A stretch of DNA of 39,180 nucleotides. It comes from an uncultured Candidatus Saccharibacteria bacterium. Lineage in GTDB: Bacteria; Patescibacteriota; Minisyncoccia; GWC2-36-17; WO2-46-25. The position numbers were made by a program, and so were the translations under genes. The notes under the pieces are model-generated. The model saw only the letters and a list, made by a program, of their open reading frames with translations, was not told the origin of the DNA and did no database searches. Shown piece by piece: positions 26,554-33,199 of the stretch. Each line of letters opens with the position of its first letter. Position 1 is the first letter of the stretch. The stretch is taken from the NCBI GenBank assembly GCA_964366905.1, contig CAYIVQ010000003.1:1-39180 (forward strand), written 5' to 3'.

Positions 26554-27795
26554 ATGAGAAGAATTGTTTTAATTCATTACAATGAAATCGCATTAAAAGG
26601 CCGGAATCGGCCTTTTTTTGAGCGCGCTCTGCTCGGAAATATCAAACGCGCGCTTGCCGGCAACCCGCGAACACAGAGAGCGGAGCAGTCGTCGTATGAC
26701 GGCAACCCGCGAGTCCAGCGAGCGGAGCAGTCACCGCATGATGGTTGCGCTTTTAAAGAAGCGCGGATTATTTTCGGGAGGATTGTGGTGTGGCTTGAAG
26801 CGGATGCCGATGAAAAAGCGATAGCCGAAAAACTTAACAAAGTTTTCGGCATAGCCAATTTTTCTTTTAGCTGGGAGATGCCATCGGAATTTTCAAAAAT
26901 TTCAGATGAAGTGCTTAAGATTTTGAAGGAACAGGAATTTAAAACATTCAGAGTGACTGCCAGACGCGCGGGCGCGGAATTCCCAATGTCCGCGCAGGAA
27001 ATAAATGAAAAACTTGGAGCGTTGATTGTTGAAAAACTGGAGAAAAAAGTTGACTTGAAAAATTATGACCTGAATTGTTATCTGGAAATCGTAGGCAATC
27101 TGGTATTTTTCTATCTTGAGAAAGAAAAAGGGCTGGGCGGTTTGCCGGTTGGCGTGTCGGGGAAAGTCTTATCTCTACTTTCTTCTGGTTTTGATTCGCC
27201 GATAGCTTCTTGGCAATTGATGCGGAGGGGGTGCCGGGTTGATTTTGTTCACTTTCATAGCTATCCGCAGACATCCAAAGAGTCGCAGGAGAATGTTAAA
27301 GAATTGACGAAAATATTAAATCAATATCAGGCCAGTTCAAAACTTTTTCTTATTCCATTTTTGGATATTCAGAAAGAAATCTCCGCCAAATCGGAAGACG
27401 CGAGTCAGCGCGTGGTTTTGTATCGCCGTTTTATGATGCGAATTGCCGAAAAAATCGCAGAGCGCGAAAGGTGCGGAGCGTTGGTGACAGGTGATTCGCT
27501 CGGGCAAGTCGCTTCGCAGACATTGGAAAATATCGGTGTCATTTCTCAAGCGACTAATATGCCGATTTTCCGCCCGCTCATCGGCACGAATAAAGACGAC
27601 ATTATAGACACAACTAAAAAAATCGGCACATACGAAATTTCCTCACACCCCTACGACGACTGCTGTTCGCTATTTTTACCGGAACACCCCGAAACACGGG
27701 CCAAACTGGAAGTGATTTTGGAGATTGAGAAAAATTTGGATGTTGAGAAACTAATCAGCGAGGCGATTGGCAGAATGGAGATACTTGAATTATGA
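26554..27795 (+). CDS. thiI: tRNA 4-thiouridine synthase ThiI (no rhodanese domain), carrying two in-frame 42-nt repeat units near the N-terminus
   Basis: YNEIALKGRNRPFFE N-terminus, a THUMP region, the PP-loop LLSSGFDSP, and GDSLGQVASQT. Confidence 0.88.
   Translation: MRRIVLIHYNEIALKGRNRPFFERALLGNIKRALAGNPRTQRAEQSSYDGNPRVQRAEQSPHDGCAFKEARIIFGRIVVWLEADADEKAIAEKLNKVFGIANFSFSWEMPSEFSKISDEVLKILKEQEFKTFRVTARRAGAEFPMSAQEINEKLGALIVEKLEKKVDLKNYDLNCYLEIVGNLVFFYLEKEKGLGGLPVGVSGKVLSLLSSGFDSPIASWQLMRRGCRVDFVHFHSYPQTSKESQENVKELTKILNQYQASSKLFLIPFLDIQKEISAKSEDASQRVVLYRRFMMRIAEKIAERERCGALVTGDSLGQVASQTLENIGVISQATNMPIFRPLIGTNKDDIIDTTKKIGTYEISSHPYDDCCSLFLPEHPETRAKLEVILEIEKNLDVEKLISEAIGRMEILEL
26659..26742 (+). 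repeat. Two tandem in-frame 42-nt GC-rich repeat units (GNPRTQRAEQSSYD and GNPRVQRAEQSPHD) inside thiI
   Basis: The units at 26659-26700 and 26701-26742 share GGCAACCCGCGA...GAGCGGAGCAGTC...ATGA with each other and with 14192-14233. Confidence 0.9.
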
Positions 27796-27835
27796 ATCAA
27801 GAATAATGAATCATGAATGGCAAATCCCGCTCAAT

Positions 27836-27887
27836 CATTATCTTTGTCTCCAGTTGTACGATCGTACAACTGGAGACAAAGATAATG
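27836..27887. repeat. 52-bp perfect palindrome (core GTACGATCGTAC)
   Basis: cattatctttgtctccagttgtacga | tcgtacaactggagacaaagataatg. The two halves were checked base by base as exact reverse complements. Confidence 0.95.
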
Positions 27888-27911
27888 CGCGCTTTTTTAT
27901 ATTCAAACAAA

Positions 27912-27953
27912 TACTTATTACACTTGTGACGATCGTCACAAGTGTAATAAGTA
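27912..27953. repeat. 42-bp perfect palindrome (core TGTGACGATCGTCACA), the same family as 38349-38386 and 39043-39076
   Basis: tacttattacacttgtgacga | tcgtcacaagtgtaataagta. The central 32 bp are identical to the copy at 39044-39075. Confidence 0.95.
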
Positions 27954-27978
27954 GCTAATGGTAATATCAAAAAATAAA

Positions 27979-28016
27979 GGCAGGTCACTGATTTTTCATC
28001 AGTGCCTGCCTTTTAT
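27979..28016. terminator. Bidirectional intrinsic terminator between convergent thiI and the small secreted-protein gene
   Basis: ggcaggtcactgat ttttc atcagtgcctgcc forms a 13-bp stem with one bulge, preceded by an A-run and followed by TTTTAT. Confidence 0.7.
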
Positions 28017-28041
28017 GTCATGTGATTTCTATGATAAGAAA

Positions 28042-28419
28042 TCAATGCGATGGAAAGGAAAATGCTCGTTTTGTACCATTAGCGTCTTTAATGGTTATCA
28101 CATATTCCTCATAACGTTTGCTAGGAAGTAAAGCGATTTTTAAATTACCGCCATTAACCCCTTTTATTTCCGATACCATAGGAAATAAATATTCACCTAC
28201 ATAGCATGGGCATTTTATCAAGATGGCATTATTTTCCCAATCTATACTGTATTTAGCTACGGTTATCGTAATAGTTCCGCCGAATGTTCGATTACCGATT
28301 ATTATAGTAGTATGTTTCTCTTGTGGGCCAAACCCGGTTTTACCTTGGTGACAACCATGCCCTACTAATAGAATTACAATAAAACCAATTAAGTAACGAA
28401 TTGACAATGATTTTCTCAT
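28042..28419 (-). CDS. Small secreted or lipoprotein-like hypothetical protein
   Basis: SD AAAGGGAGGTG precedes the ATG at 28419. The product starts MRKSLSIRYLIGFIVILLVGHGC, a signal peptide ending in Cys. No family was recognised. Confidence 0.5.
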   Translation of the reverse strand: MRKSLSIRYLIGFIVILLVGHGCHQGKTGFGPQEKHTTIIIGNRTFGGTITITVAKYSIDWENNAILIKCPCYVGEYLFPMVSEIKGVNGGNLKIALLPSKRYEEYVITIKDANGTKRAFSFPSH

Positions 28420-28594
28420 TTTCACCACCTCCCTTTCTTAATTTAGAATGATTTTACTGAAAAATTATTACAGTTTTACTATCAGACGATTAGCTTGTTA
28501 AAGGACGTATTCCCATAAGGCAAGTTTATGCTTGCATATTTATTTTATCTTGTCAATATTAACAACTATATCTCACATATGATATATTGTTTGT

Positions 28595-30109
28595 ATGAAC
28601 AAGGAACAGGAAAAAATCGGTAAATTTATTGCGGATTTGCGGCATAAAAAAGGGCTGACGCAGGAAGAGTTTGCCAAGCTTTTGGGGACAAGTCAGAGCG
28701 CGGTAACGCGTATGGAGAAGGGCGAGCAGAATTTCAGCACTGAAATGCTTTCCAAAATCAGCCGCGTTCTCAACAAAAGCATCATTAGTTTGTCCGGCGA
28801 AGCGCTTAATTTAAAAATCGAAGGCGGCCGAAAGCTTTCCGGAACGGCGACCATTAAAACTTCCAAGAACGCCGCCGTGGCTCTGCTCTGCGCTTCTCTT
28901 TTGAATTCCGGCAAAACCGTTCTCAAAAATATTCCCCGCATTGAGGAAGTAAACCGCATCATTGAAGTGCTTGTGAGTCTGGGTGTTTCGGTGAAATGGA
29001 CTAATGGCGGTGATCTTGAAATTGTTCCTCCGAAAAAAATTGACATTGAGAATACCAATGTGGAAGCGGCTATGCGTACGCGCAGTGTCTTGATGCTTTT
29101 GGGGCCGCTGGTTCACTTGCTAGATAAATTCCAACTTCCTTATCCGGGCGGTTGCAAGCTCGGTACGCGCACAGTGCGGCCACATCTTTTCGCGCTTGAA
29201 AAACTGGGCGTGGATATTGTCGCGGCCAAAGGGAATTATCATGTTTCGGCCGGCAAGCTTCATCCGTCAGAAATCGTGCTTTACGAATCGGGCGATACGG
29301 TGACGGAAAATATTTTGATGGCCGTCGCTAAAATCAATGGCACGACCATTATTAAATTTGCTTCGGCCAATTACCAGGTGCAGGATCTATGTTATTTTCT
29401 GGTTGAGCTTGGCGTAAAAATAGAAGGCATCGGCACGACTACTCTTGTTATCCACGGCAAACCGGAAATTGATATGATGGTGGAATACTCTCCAAGCGAG
29501 GATCCGATTGAAGCGATGCTATTTTTATCCATCGCGGCAACCACCAATTCTTCAATCATCATTGAGCGGTGCCCGATAGATTTTTTGGAATTGGAGCTTT
29601 TGAAGCTTGAAAAGATGGGATTTAAATACAAAATTTTAAAGCGATACAAAGCGAAAAACGGACAGGCGAATTTAGTTGATATCCAAACGCTTCCTTCAAA
29701 ACTGAAAGCATTGGAAGAAAAAATATACGCCCGCCCGTTTCCCGGACTTAACATCGATAATCTGCCGTTTTTCGTGCCGATCGCCACGCAAGCCAAAGGG
29801 CGGACTTTGATTCACGACTGGGTTTTTGAAAATCGGGCGATCTATTACGCGGAATTGGCCAAGCTGGGCGCCAATGTTATTTTGGCCGATCCGCACCGGG
29901 TGTATATAGAAGGGCCGACAGAACTAAAGGCTGCAGAAGTGGTCTGCCCGCCCGCCTTGCGTCCGGCGGCGATTATTTTGGTCGCGATGCTTGCCGCCAA
30001 AGGCACATCAATTTTACGCAATGTTTATTCAATTAACCGAGGATACGAGGACTTATGCGCGCGCTTAAACAAGCTCGGAGCCAAAATCCAACCACTCCGG
30101 GAATTTTAA
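28595..30109 (+). CDS. murA: XRE-type helix-turn-helix domain fused to UDP-N-acetylglucosamine 1-carboxyvinyltransferase (MurA)
   Basis: Residues 1-65 (IGKFIADLRHKKGLTQEEFAKLLGTSQSAVTRMEKGEQNFSTEML) form a canonical HTH_XRE domain. The remainder is MurA-like (KTSKNAAVALLCASLL; the catalytic-loop PGGCKLGTRTVRPH with Cys retained; C-terminal YEDLCARLNKLGAKI). Confidence 0.85.
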   Translation: MNKEQEKIGKFIADLRHKKGLTQEEFAKLLGTSQSAVTRMEKGEQNFSTEMLSKISRVLNKSIISLSGEALNLKIEGGRKLSGTATIKTSKNAAVALLCASLLNSGKTVLKNIPRIEEVNRIIEVLVSLGVSVKWTNGGDLEIVPPKKIDIENTNVEAAMRTRSVLMLLGPLVHLLDKFQLPYPGGCKLGTRTVRPHLFALEKLGVDIVAAKGNYHVSAGKLHPSEIVLYESGDTVTENILMAVAKINGTTIIKFASANYQVQDLCYFLVELGVKIEGIGTTTLVIHGKPEIDMMVEYSPSEDPIEAMLFLSIAATTNSSIIIERCPIDFLELELLKLEKMGFKYKILKRYKAKNGQANLVDIQTLPSKLKALEEKIYARPFPGLNIDNLPFFVPIATQAKGRTLIHDWVFENRAIYYAELAKLGANVILADPHRVYIEGPTELKAAEVVCPPALRPAAIILVAMLAAKGTSILRNVYSINRGYEDLCARLNKLGAKIQPLREF

Positions 30110-31485
30110 ATCTCAAAGGAAAAAAAGTAACCGTAATGGGCATCAATCCCGAAGGCAGGGGTGTTCAGGACGCGGAATTTTTGGCTTCTTGCGGCGCTAA
30201 AGTTACGGCTACCGACACGGAAAGCGAAAAAGATCTTAAAGAAAGCGTTGCTCGGCTTAAAAAATACAAAAATATTTCGTTTGTTTTAGGCGGGCATCGT
30301 TTACGTGATTTTAAAAACAAAGATCTTGTTATTCGTGCCGCCGGCGCGCCGCTTGATTCGGCGTATTTAAAAGAAGCGATAAAAAACGGCATTGATATAA
30401 AAACCGACGAAACGCTTTTTTTATCGCTGGCGCCCAAAATCACTTTGGTCGGTGTAACCGGCACGAAAGGCAAGTCAACCGTCACCCATCTGATTTATGA
30501 AATTTTGAAAAATTCCGGTCGCCGCGTATTTCTGGCGGGGAATGTGCGCGGGCAGGCCGCCTTGCCTCTTTTAAAAAAAGTTAATGCGGGCGACATCGTA
30601 GTAATGGAGCTTGATTCCTGGAAGCTCCAGGGGTTTGGCGATGCAAAGATAAGTCCGCAGGTCTCTATTTTTACTAATTTTTATCAGGATCATCTGAATT
30701 ATTACAAGGGTGATATGAAAAAATATTTCAACGACAAAGCGAATATTTTCAAATATCAGAAAAAGGGTGATACGCTTGTCGTTGGTAAAGGCGCGCAAAA
30801 CGCGATAGATAAATATTACAAAGGAAAAATAAAAGGCGATGTTGTTGAGGCCAGTAAAAAAGATTTTTTAAAGTCGTGGAGGCCGCTGATTTTTGGAGAG
30901 CATAATAAAGAAAACATAACGCTCACGGTGAAGGCCTGCGAGGCGCTCGGCATTTCAAAGAGCGATATTAAAAAAGGCGTTGAAAATTTCAAAGGAGTTT
31001 CCGGGCGGCTTGAATTGGTCAGAGAAATAAACGGCGTAAAATATTACAACGACACGACAGCAACGACGCCGGATGCAACTATCGCCGCTTTGCGCGCGCT
31101 TGATAGCAAGAATGTTATTTTAATTGCCGGTGGCGCGGACAAAAAACTGGATTACCGCGAATTGGCGAAAGTGATTCCAAAATATGTAAAAACCATGGTT
31201 TTGTTCAAAGGCGAAGCGTCGGATAAATTACCCAAAGAATTACAGGGAGACCCGACCTCCCAAACATTGTCCCATCCCAGGAGGTCGGGTCTCCAAAAAT
31301 TGGGAATTATCAGAGATATCACAAGCATGAAAGATGCATTAAAAATTGCTCAAGCAAATGCCAGAAAAGGCGATATCATTCTCCTTTCTCCCGCCGCCGC
31401 TAGCTTTGGCATATTCAAAAACGAATTTGACAGAGGCGAGCAATTTTGCTATTTAGTTAATAGAATTACAAACACTGATTTTTAA
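30055..31485 (+). CDS. murD: UDP-N-acetylmuramoylalanine--D-glutamate ligase; exact start uncertain
   Basis: GKKVTVMGI..G N-terminal Rossmann strand, the GVTGTKGKST P-loop, NFYQDHLNYY, GVSGRLE, and LLSPAAASFGIFKNEFDRGEQF. The ATG at 30055 overlaps murA by 55 nt, and the next in-frame ATG at 30136 would delete the first beta-strand. Confidence 0.85.
   Translation: MRALKQARSQNPTTPGILNLKGKKVTVMGINPEGRGVQDAEFLASCGAKVTATDTESEKDLKESVARLKKYKNISFVLGGHRLRDFKNKDLVIRAAGAPLDSAYLKEAIKNGIDIKTDETLFLSLAPKITLVGVTGTKGKSTVTHLIYEILKNSGRRVFLAGNVRGQAALPLLKKVNAGDIVVMELDSWKLQGFGDAKISPQVSIFTNFYQDHLNYYKGDMKKYFNDKANIFKYQKKGDTLVVGKGAQNAIDKYYKGKIKGDVVEASKKDFLKSWRPLIFGEHNKENITLTVKACEALGISKSDIKKGVENFKGVSGRLELVREINGVKYYNDTTATTPDATIAALRALDSKNVILIAGGADKKLDYRELAKVIPKYVKTMVLFKGEASDKLPKELQGDPTSQTLSHPRRSGLQKLGIIRDITSMKDALKIAQANARKGDIILLSPAAASFGIFKNEFDRGEQFCYLVNRITNTDF
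31246..31294. repeat. GC-rich perfect 15-bp-stem palindrome embedded in-frame in murD
   Basis: ggagacccgacctcc (31246-31260) is the exact reverse complement of ggaggtcgggtctcc (31280-31294), with a 19-nt loop. It encodes GDPTSQTLSHPRRSGLQ in a loop region. Confidence 0.95.
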
Positions 31486-31526
31486 CAACTAACAATCAAA
31501 TTTCTAATAGGAGGAGGTAATGAAAA

Positions 31527-31721
31527 ATGAGATGCAATGATTGTAATGAAGAAATAAGCTTTCAATATGAATCGATTGTGTTGAAAATAGGGTGCGAAGC
31601 AACCGCGTGCGCGTATCCTTGCCGGAAATGCGGCAGACTGCATTTTAGCAACGGAGACTCTGTTATTACGAGGAGTGGGAGAAAAGCATATTTAATCAAT
31701 GGGGAAATGATTCATAAATAG
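31527..31721 (+). CDS. Small zinc-ribbon-like hypothetical protein (64 aa)
   Basis: SD GGAGGAGGT lies 9 nt upstream. CNDC...CRKC Cys pairs suggest a zinc ribbon. Confidence 0.5.
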   Translation: MRCNDCNEEISFQYESIVLKIGCEATACAYPCRKCGRLHFSNGDSVITRSGRKAYLINGEMIHK

Positions 31722-31765
31722 ATATTTGTATAGAGCGTCAAAGCAGCACAAAGGAGGTGATATCT

Positions 31766-31981
31766 GTGAAAGTAAGCATATTCAATCTTGATGCGTCCCA
31801 TATATCGAAAGGTGTTTTGCCGATATTAGTATTAGATCCGGAAAATACCGATGATGAAGCCGTCGTCGAGGAGTTAAAGCGAAGGAAATTATGCAGCAAC
31901 AATGAAAAGCTCTTTGAGATTATAGGGAAACCTTTAGTTCCTGTTAAAATAGTCACTGTTCCTCTCGACGAGAGATTTTGA
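31766..31981 (+). CDS. Small hypothetical protein (72 aa from a GTG start)
   Basis: SD AAAGGAGGTG lies 8 nt before the GTG at 31766, and an intrinsic terminator follows. No family was recognised. Confidence 0.45.
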   Translation: MKVSIFNLDASHISKGVLPILVLDPENTDDEAVVEELKRRKLCSNNEKLFEIIGKPLVPVKIVTVPLDERF

Positions 31982-31998
31982 CTAAATAGTAACAAAAA

Positions 31999-32026
31999 AC
32001 GAGGACAGTAACGTCCTCGTTTTATT
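31999..32026 (+). terminator. Intrinsic terminator
   Basis: acgaggac agtaac gtcctcgt is followed by TTTTATTT. Confidence 0.75.
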
Positions 32027-32040
32027 TCTCCGTTACTTTT

Positions 32041-32062
32041 TTATTCTACGGCCGTAGAATAA
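32041..32062. repeat. 22-bp perfect palindrome (core ACGGCCGT), related to 33068-33101
   Basis: ttattctacgg | ccgtagaataa. It shares the flank aagatagt with the 33-kb copy. Confidence 0.9.
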
Positions 32063-32080
32063 GATAGTGAAACAGAATGG

Positions 32081-32166
32081 TTGTGGATAAGGCGGGGTTT
32101 ACAAACCGCTTCGGGCGGTGGCATGATAATGGCAAGTTTAAAATTAGGAGTTTAGAGTGTAAAATT
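32081..32166 (+). promoter_or_regulatory. Repeated promoter/leader module, copy 1 (DnaA-box 9-mer, -35 TTTACA, -10 CATGAT, A-rich leader)
   Basis: TTGTGGATAAGGCGGGGTTTACAAA...CATGATAAT...GTTTAGAGTGTAAAATTATG aligns with the copies at 33128 and 39079. Confidence 0.6.
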
Positions 32167-32394
32167 ATGATACCTATATATTTATTATCAAACATTCCAG
32201 AAGTCTTAAGTAAGCTTGTTGTATTGCTAATCCTTCCTTTTCTTATTTTTCTTTTATTTTTAGTTCAAGCAGATGGCGCACGAGATCCTATTATGAAAAG
32301 TAAATATCGACGAAAAGCATTTTGGGTTGTTATAATTACATTTTTTTTAGTTTTCGTTGGGGCTGTTTATTTTTTTATTCAAAATCCAGGATAG
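32167..32394 (+). CDS. Small two-TM membrane protein (75 aa)
   Basis: MIPIYLLSNIPEVLSKLVVLLILPFLIFLLFLV...FWVVIITFFLVFVGAVYFFI. The start is set at the ATG that ends the repeated leader. Confidence 0.5.
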   Translation: MIPIYLLSNIPEVLSKLVVLLILPFLIFLLFLVQADGARDPIMKSKYRRKAFWVVIITFFLVFVGAVYFFIQNPG

Positions 32395-32443
32395 TGATAG
32401 TCTGGATTTCTTATTTTTCAGTAATGAATGAGTTATAGCATGA

Positions 32444-32540
32444 CAATTCTTTTACCATATAAGTATCTCCTAATTTATATCCCAGCTTAGCGTAATATCC
32501 TCGCACGCCGACGCCGGAGATGACGGCGATTTTTTTGGGC
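32444..32540 (-). pseudogene. Duplicated remnant of the 3' end of elp3 (last ~30 codons)
   Basis: About 87% nucleotide identity to 33818-33915. It encodes [31 protein letters not shown], against [31 protein letters not shown] in the intact gene. Confidence 0.85.
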
Positions 32541-32581
32541 GCTATTTGAGATTTTTCATTAAGTGTGATATTATAGTTTAT

Positions 32582-32803
32582 ATGCGACAACAATTTACTG
32601 CGGTATATAAAAAAAGCGGGCGATGGTATTTGGGATGGATAGAAGAAGTGCCGGGCGTTAACACTCAGGGAAAAACACTCAAAGAAGCAAAAGAAAATTT
32701 GCGCGAGGCGCTATTTTTGATTATTGAAACAAACCGTTTTATTAGCAGAAAATGGTGGGGCGACAAGAAAGTAATTCGAGAACCTCTGGCTATTAAAGTT
32801 TAA
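32582..32803 (+). CDS. hicB: HicB-family antitoxin (short form)
   Basis: [40 protein letters not shown] is the HicB N-terminal fold pattern. TAATG overlap with hicA. Confidence 0.75.
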   Translation: MRQQFTAVYKKSGRWYLGWIEEVPGVNTQGKTLKEAKENLREALFLIIETNRFISRKWWGDKKVIREPLAIKV

Positions 32804-33000
32804 TGAAGCGCAAAGATCTCATTACTCATTTAATCAAAGATGGTTGCGTGTTTGTAAGGGAAGGCGCGAAGCACAGCGTCTTTTTTAATCCTTTGATAAA
32901 ACGAGCCTCAACTGTGCCGCGACACAATGAAATCAATAATTTCCTAGCCAAGAAAATCTGTCACGATTTGGGCGTTGATGAGCCAAAGAAGAGATCGTAG
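32803..33000 (+). CDS. hicA: HicA-family mRNA interferase toxin
   Basis: KRKDLITHLIKDGCVFVREGAKHSVFFNP...STVPRHNEINNFLAKKICHDLGV matches the HicA/YcfA pattern, including the catalytic His. Confidence 0.8.
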   Translation: MKRKDLITHLIKDGCVFVREGAKHSVFFNPLIKRASTVPRHNEINNFLAKKICHDLGVDEPKKRS

Positions 33001-33067
33001 CTCCGTTTCTTTTTTATTGAAGTATTATTAACTCTCCATTCAGGCAGAGTTTTTTTGTATGATTTTC

Positions 33068-33101
33068 ACTATCTTATCCGACGGCCGTCGGATAAGATAG
33101 T
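33068..33101. repeat. 34-bp perfect palindrome (core ACGGCCGT)
   Basis: actatcttatccgacgg | ccgtcggataagatagt. Confidence 0.95.
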
Positions 33102-33127
33102 AAGTGACAAAGTTGATAGCAAATCAG

Positions 33128-33199
33128 TTGTGGATAACAGCTTATTTACAAAATGCATCGGGGGGGGGTATGATACAAGCAAGTTTAAAGTTAAAAATT
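33128..33199 (+). promoter_or_regulatory. Repeated promoter/leader module, copy 2 (DnaA-box 9-mer, TTTACA, G9 tract, TATGAT)
   Basis: TTGTGGATAA...TTTACA (33145-33150), an 18-nt spacer ending in G9 (33160-33168), TATGAT (33169-33174), then GTTTAAAGTTAAAAATTATG. Confidence 0.6.

Noticed and set aside
30055-30135. The 55-nt overlap between murA and murD as evidence of a fusion, a frameshift or a misassembly.
   Set aside because: Both reading frames are intact with complete terminal motifs. The overlap probably only reflects uncertainty in the murD start, which may be a non-ATG start downstream of the murA stop.
31527-31721. Treating the 64-aa zinc-ribbon protein as the Trm112 partner of the Trm9-like methyltransferase.
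   Set aside because: It has CxxC pairs but lacks the Trm112/DUF343 pattern (LLxILvCPxC...YPIxDGIPxmL). It is also separated from the methyltransferase by the accessory island. This is too speculative.
32411-32593. 60-aa minus-strand ORF in the track.
   Set aside because: It is a chimera of the duplicated elp3 3' remnant read through into unrelated sequence, and it overlaps the hicB promoter and start. It is called a pseudogene fragment instead.
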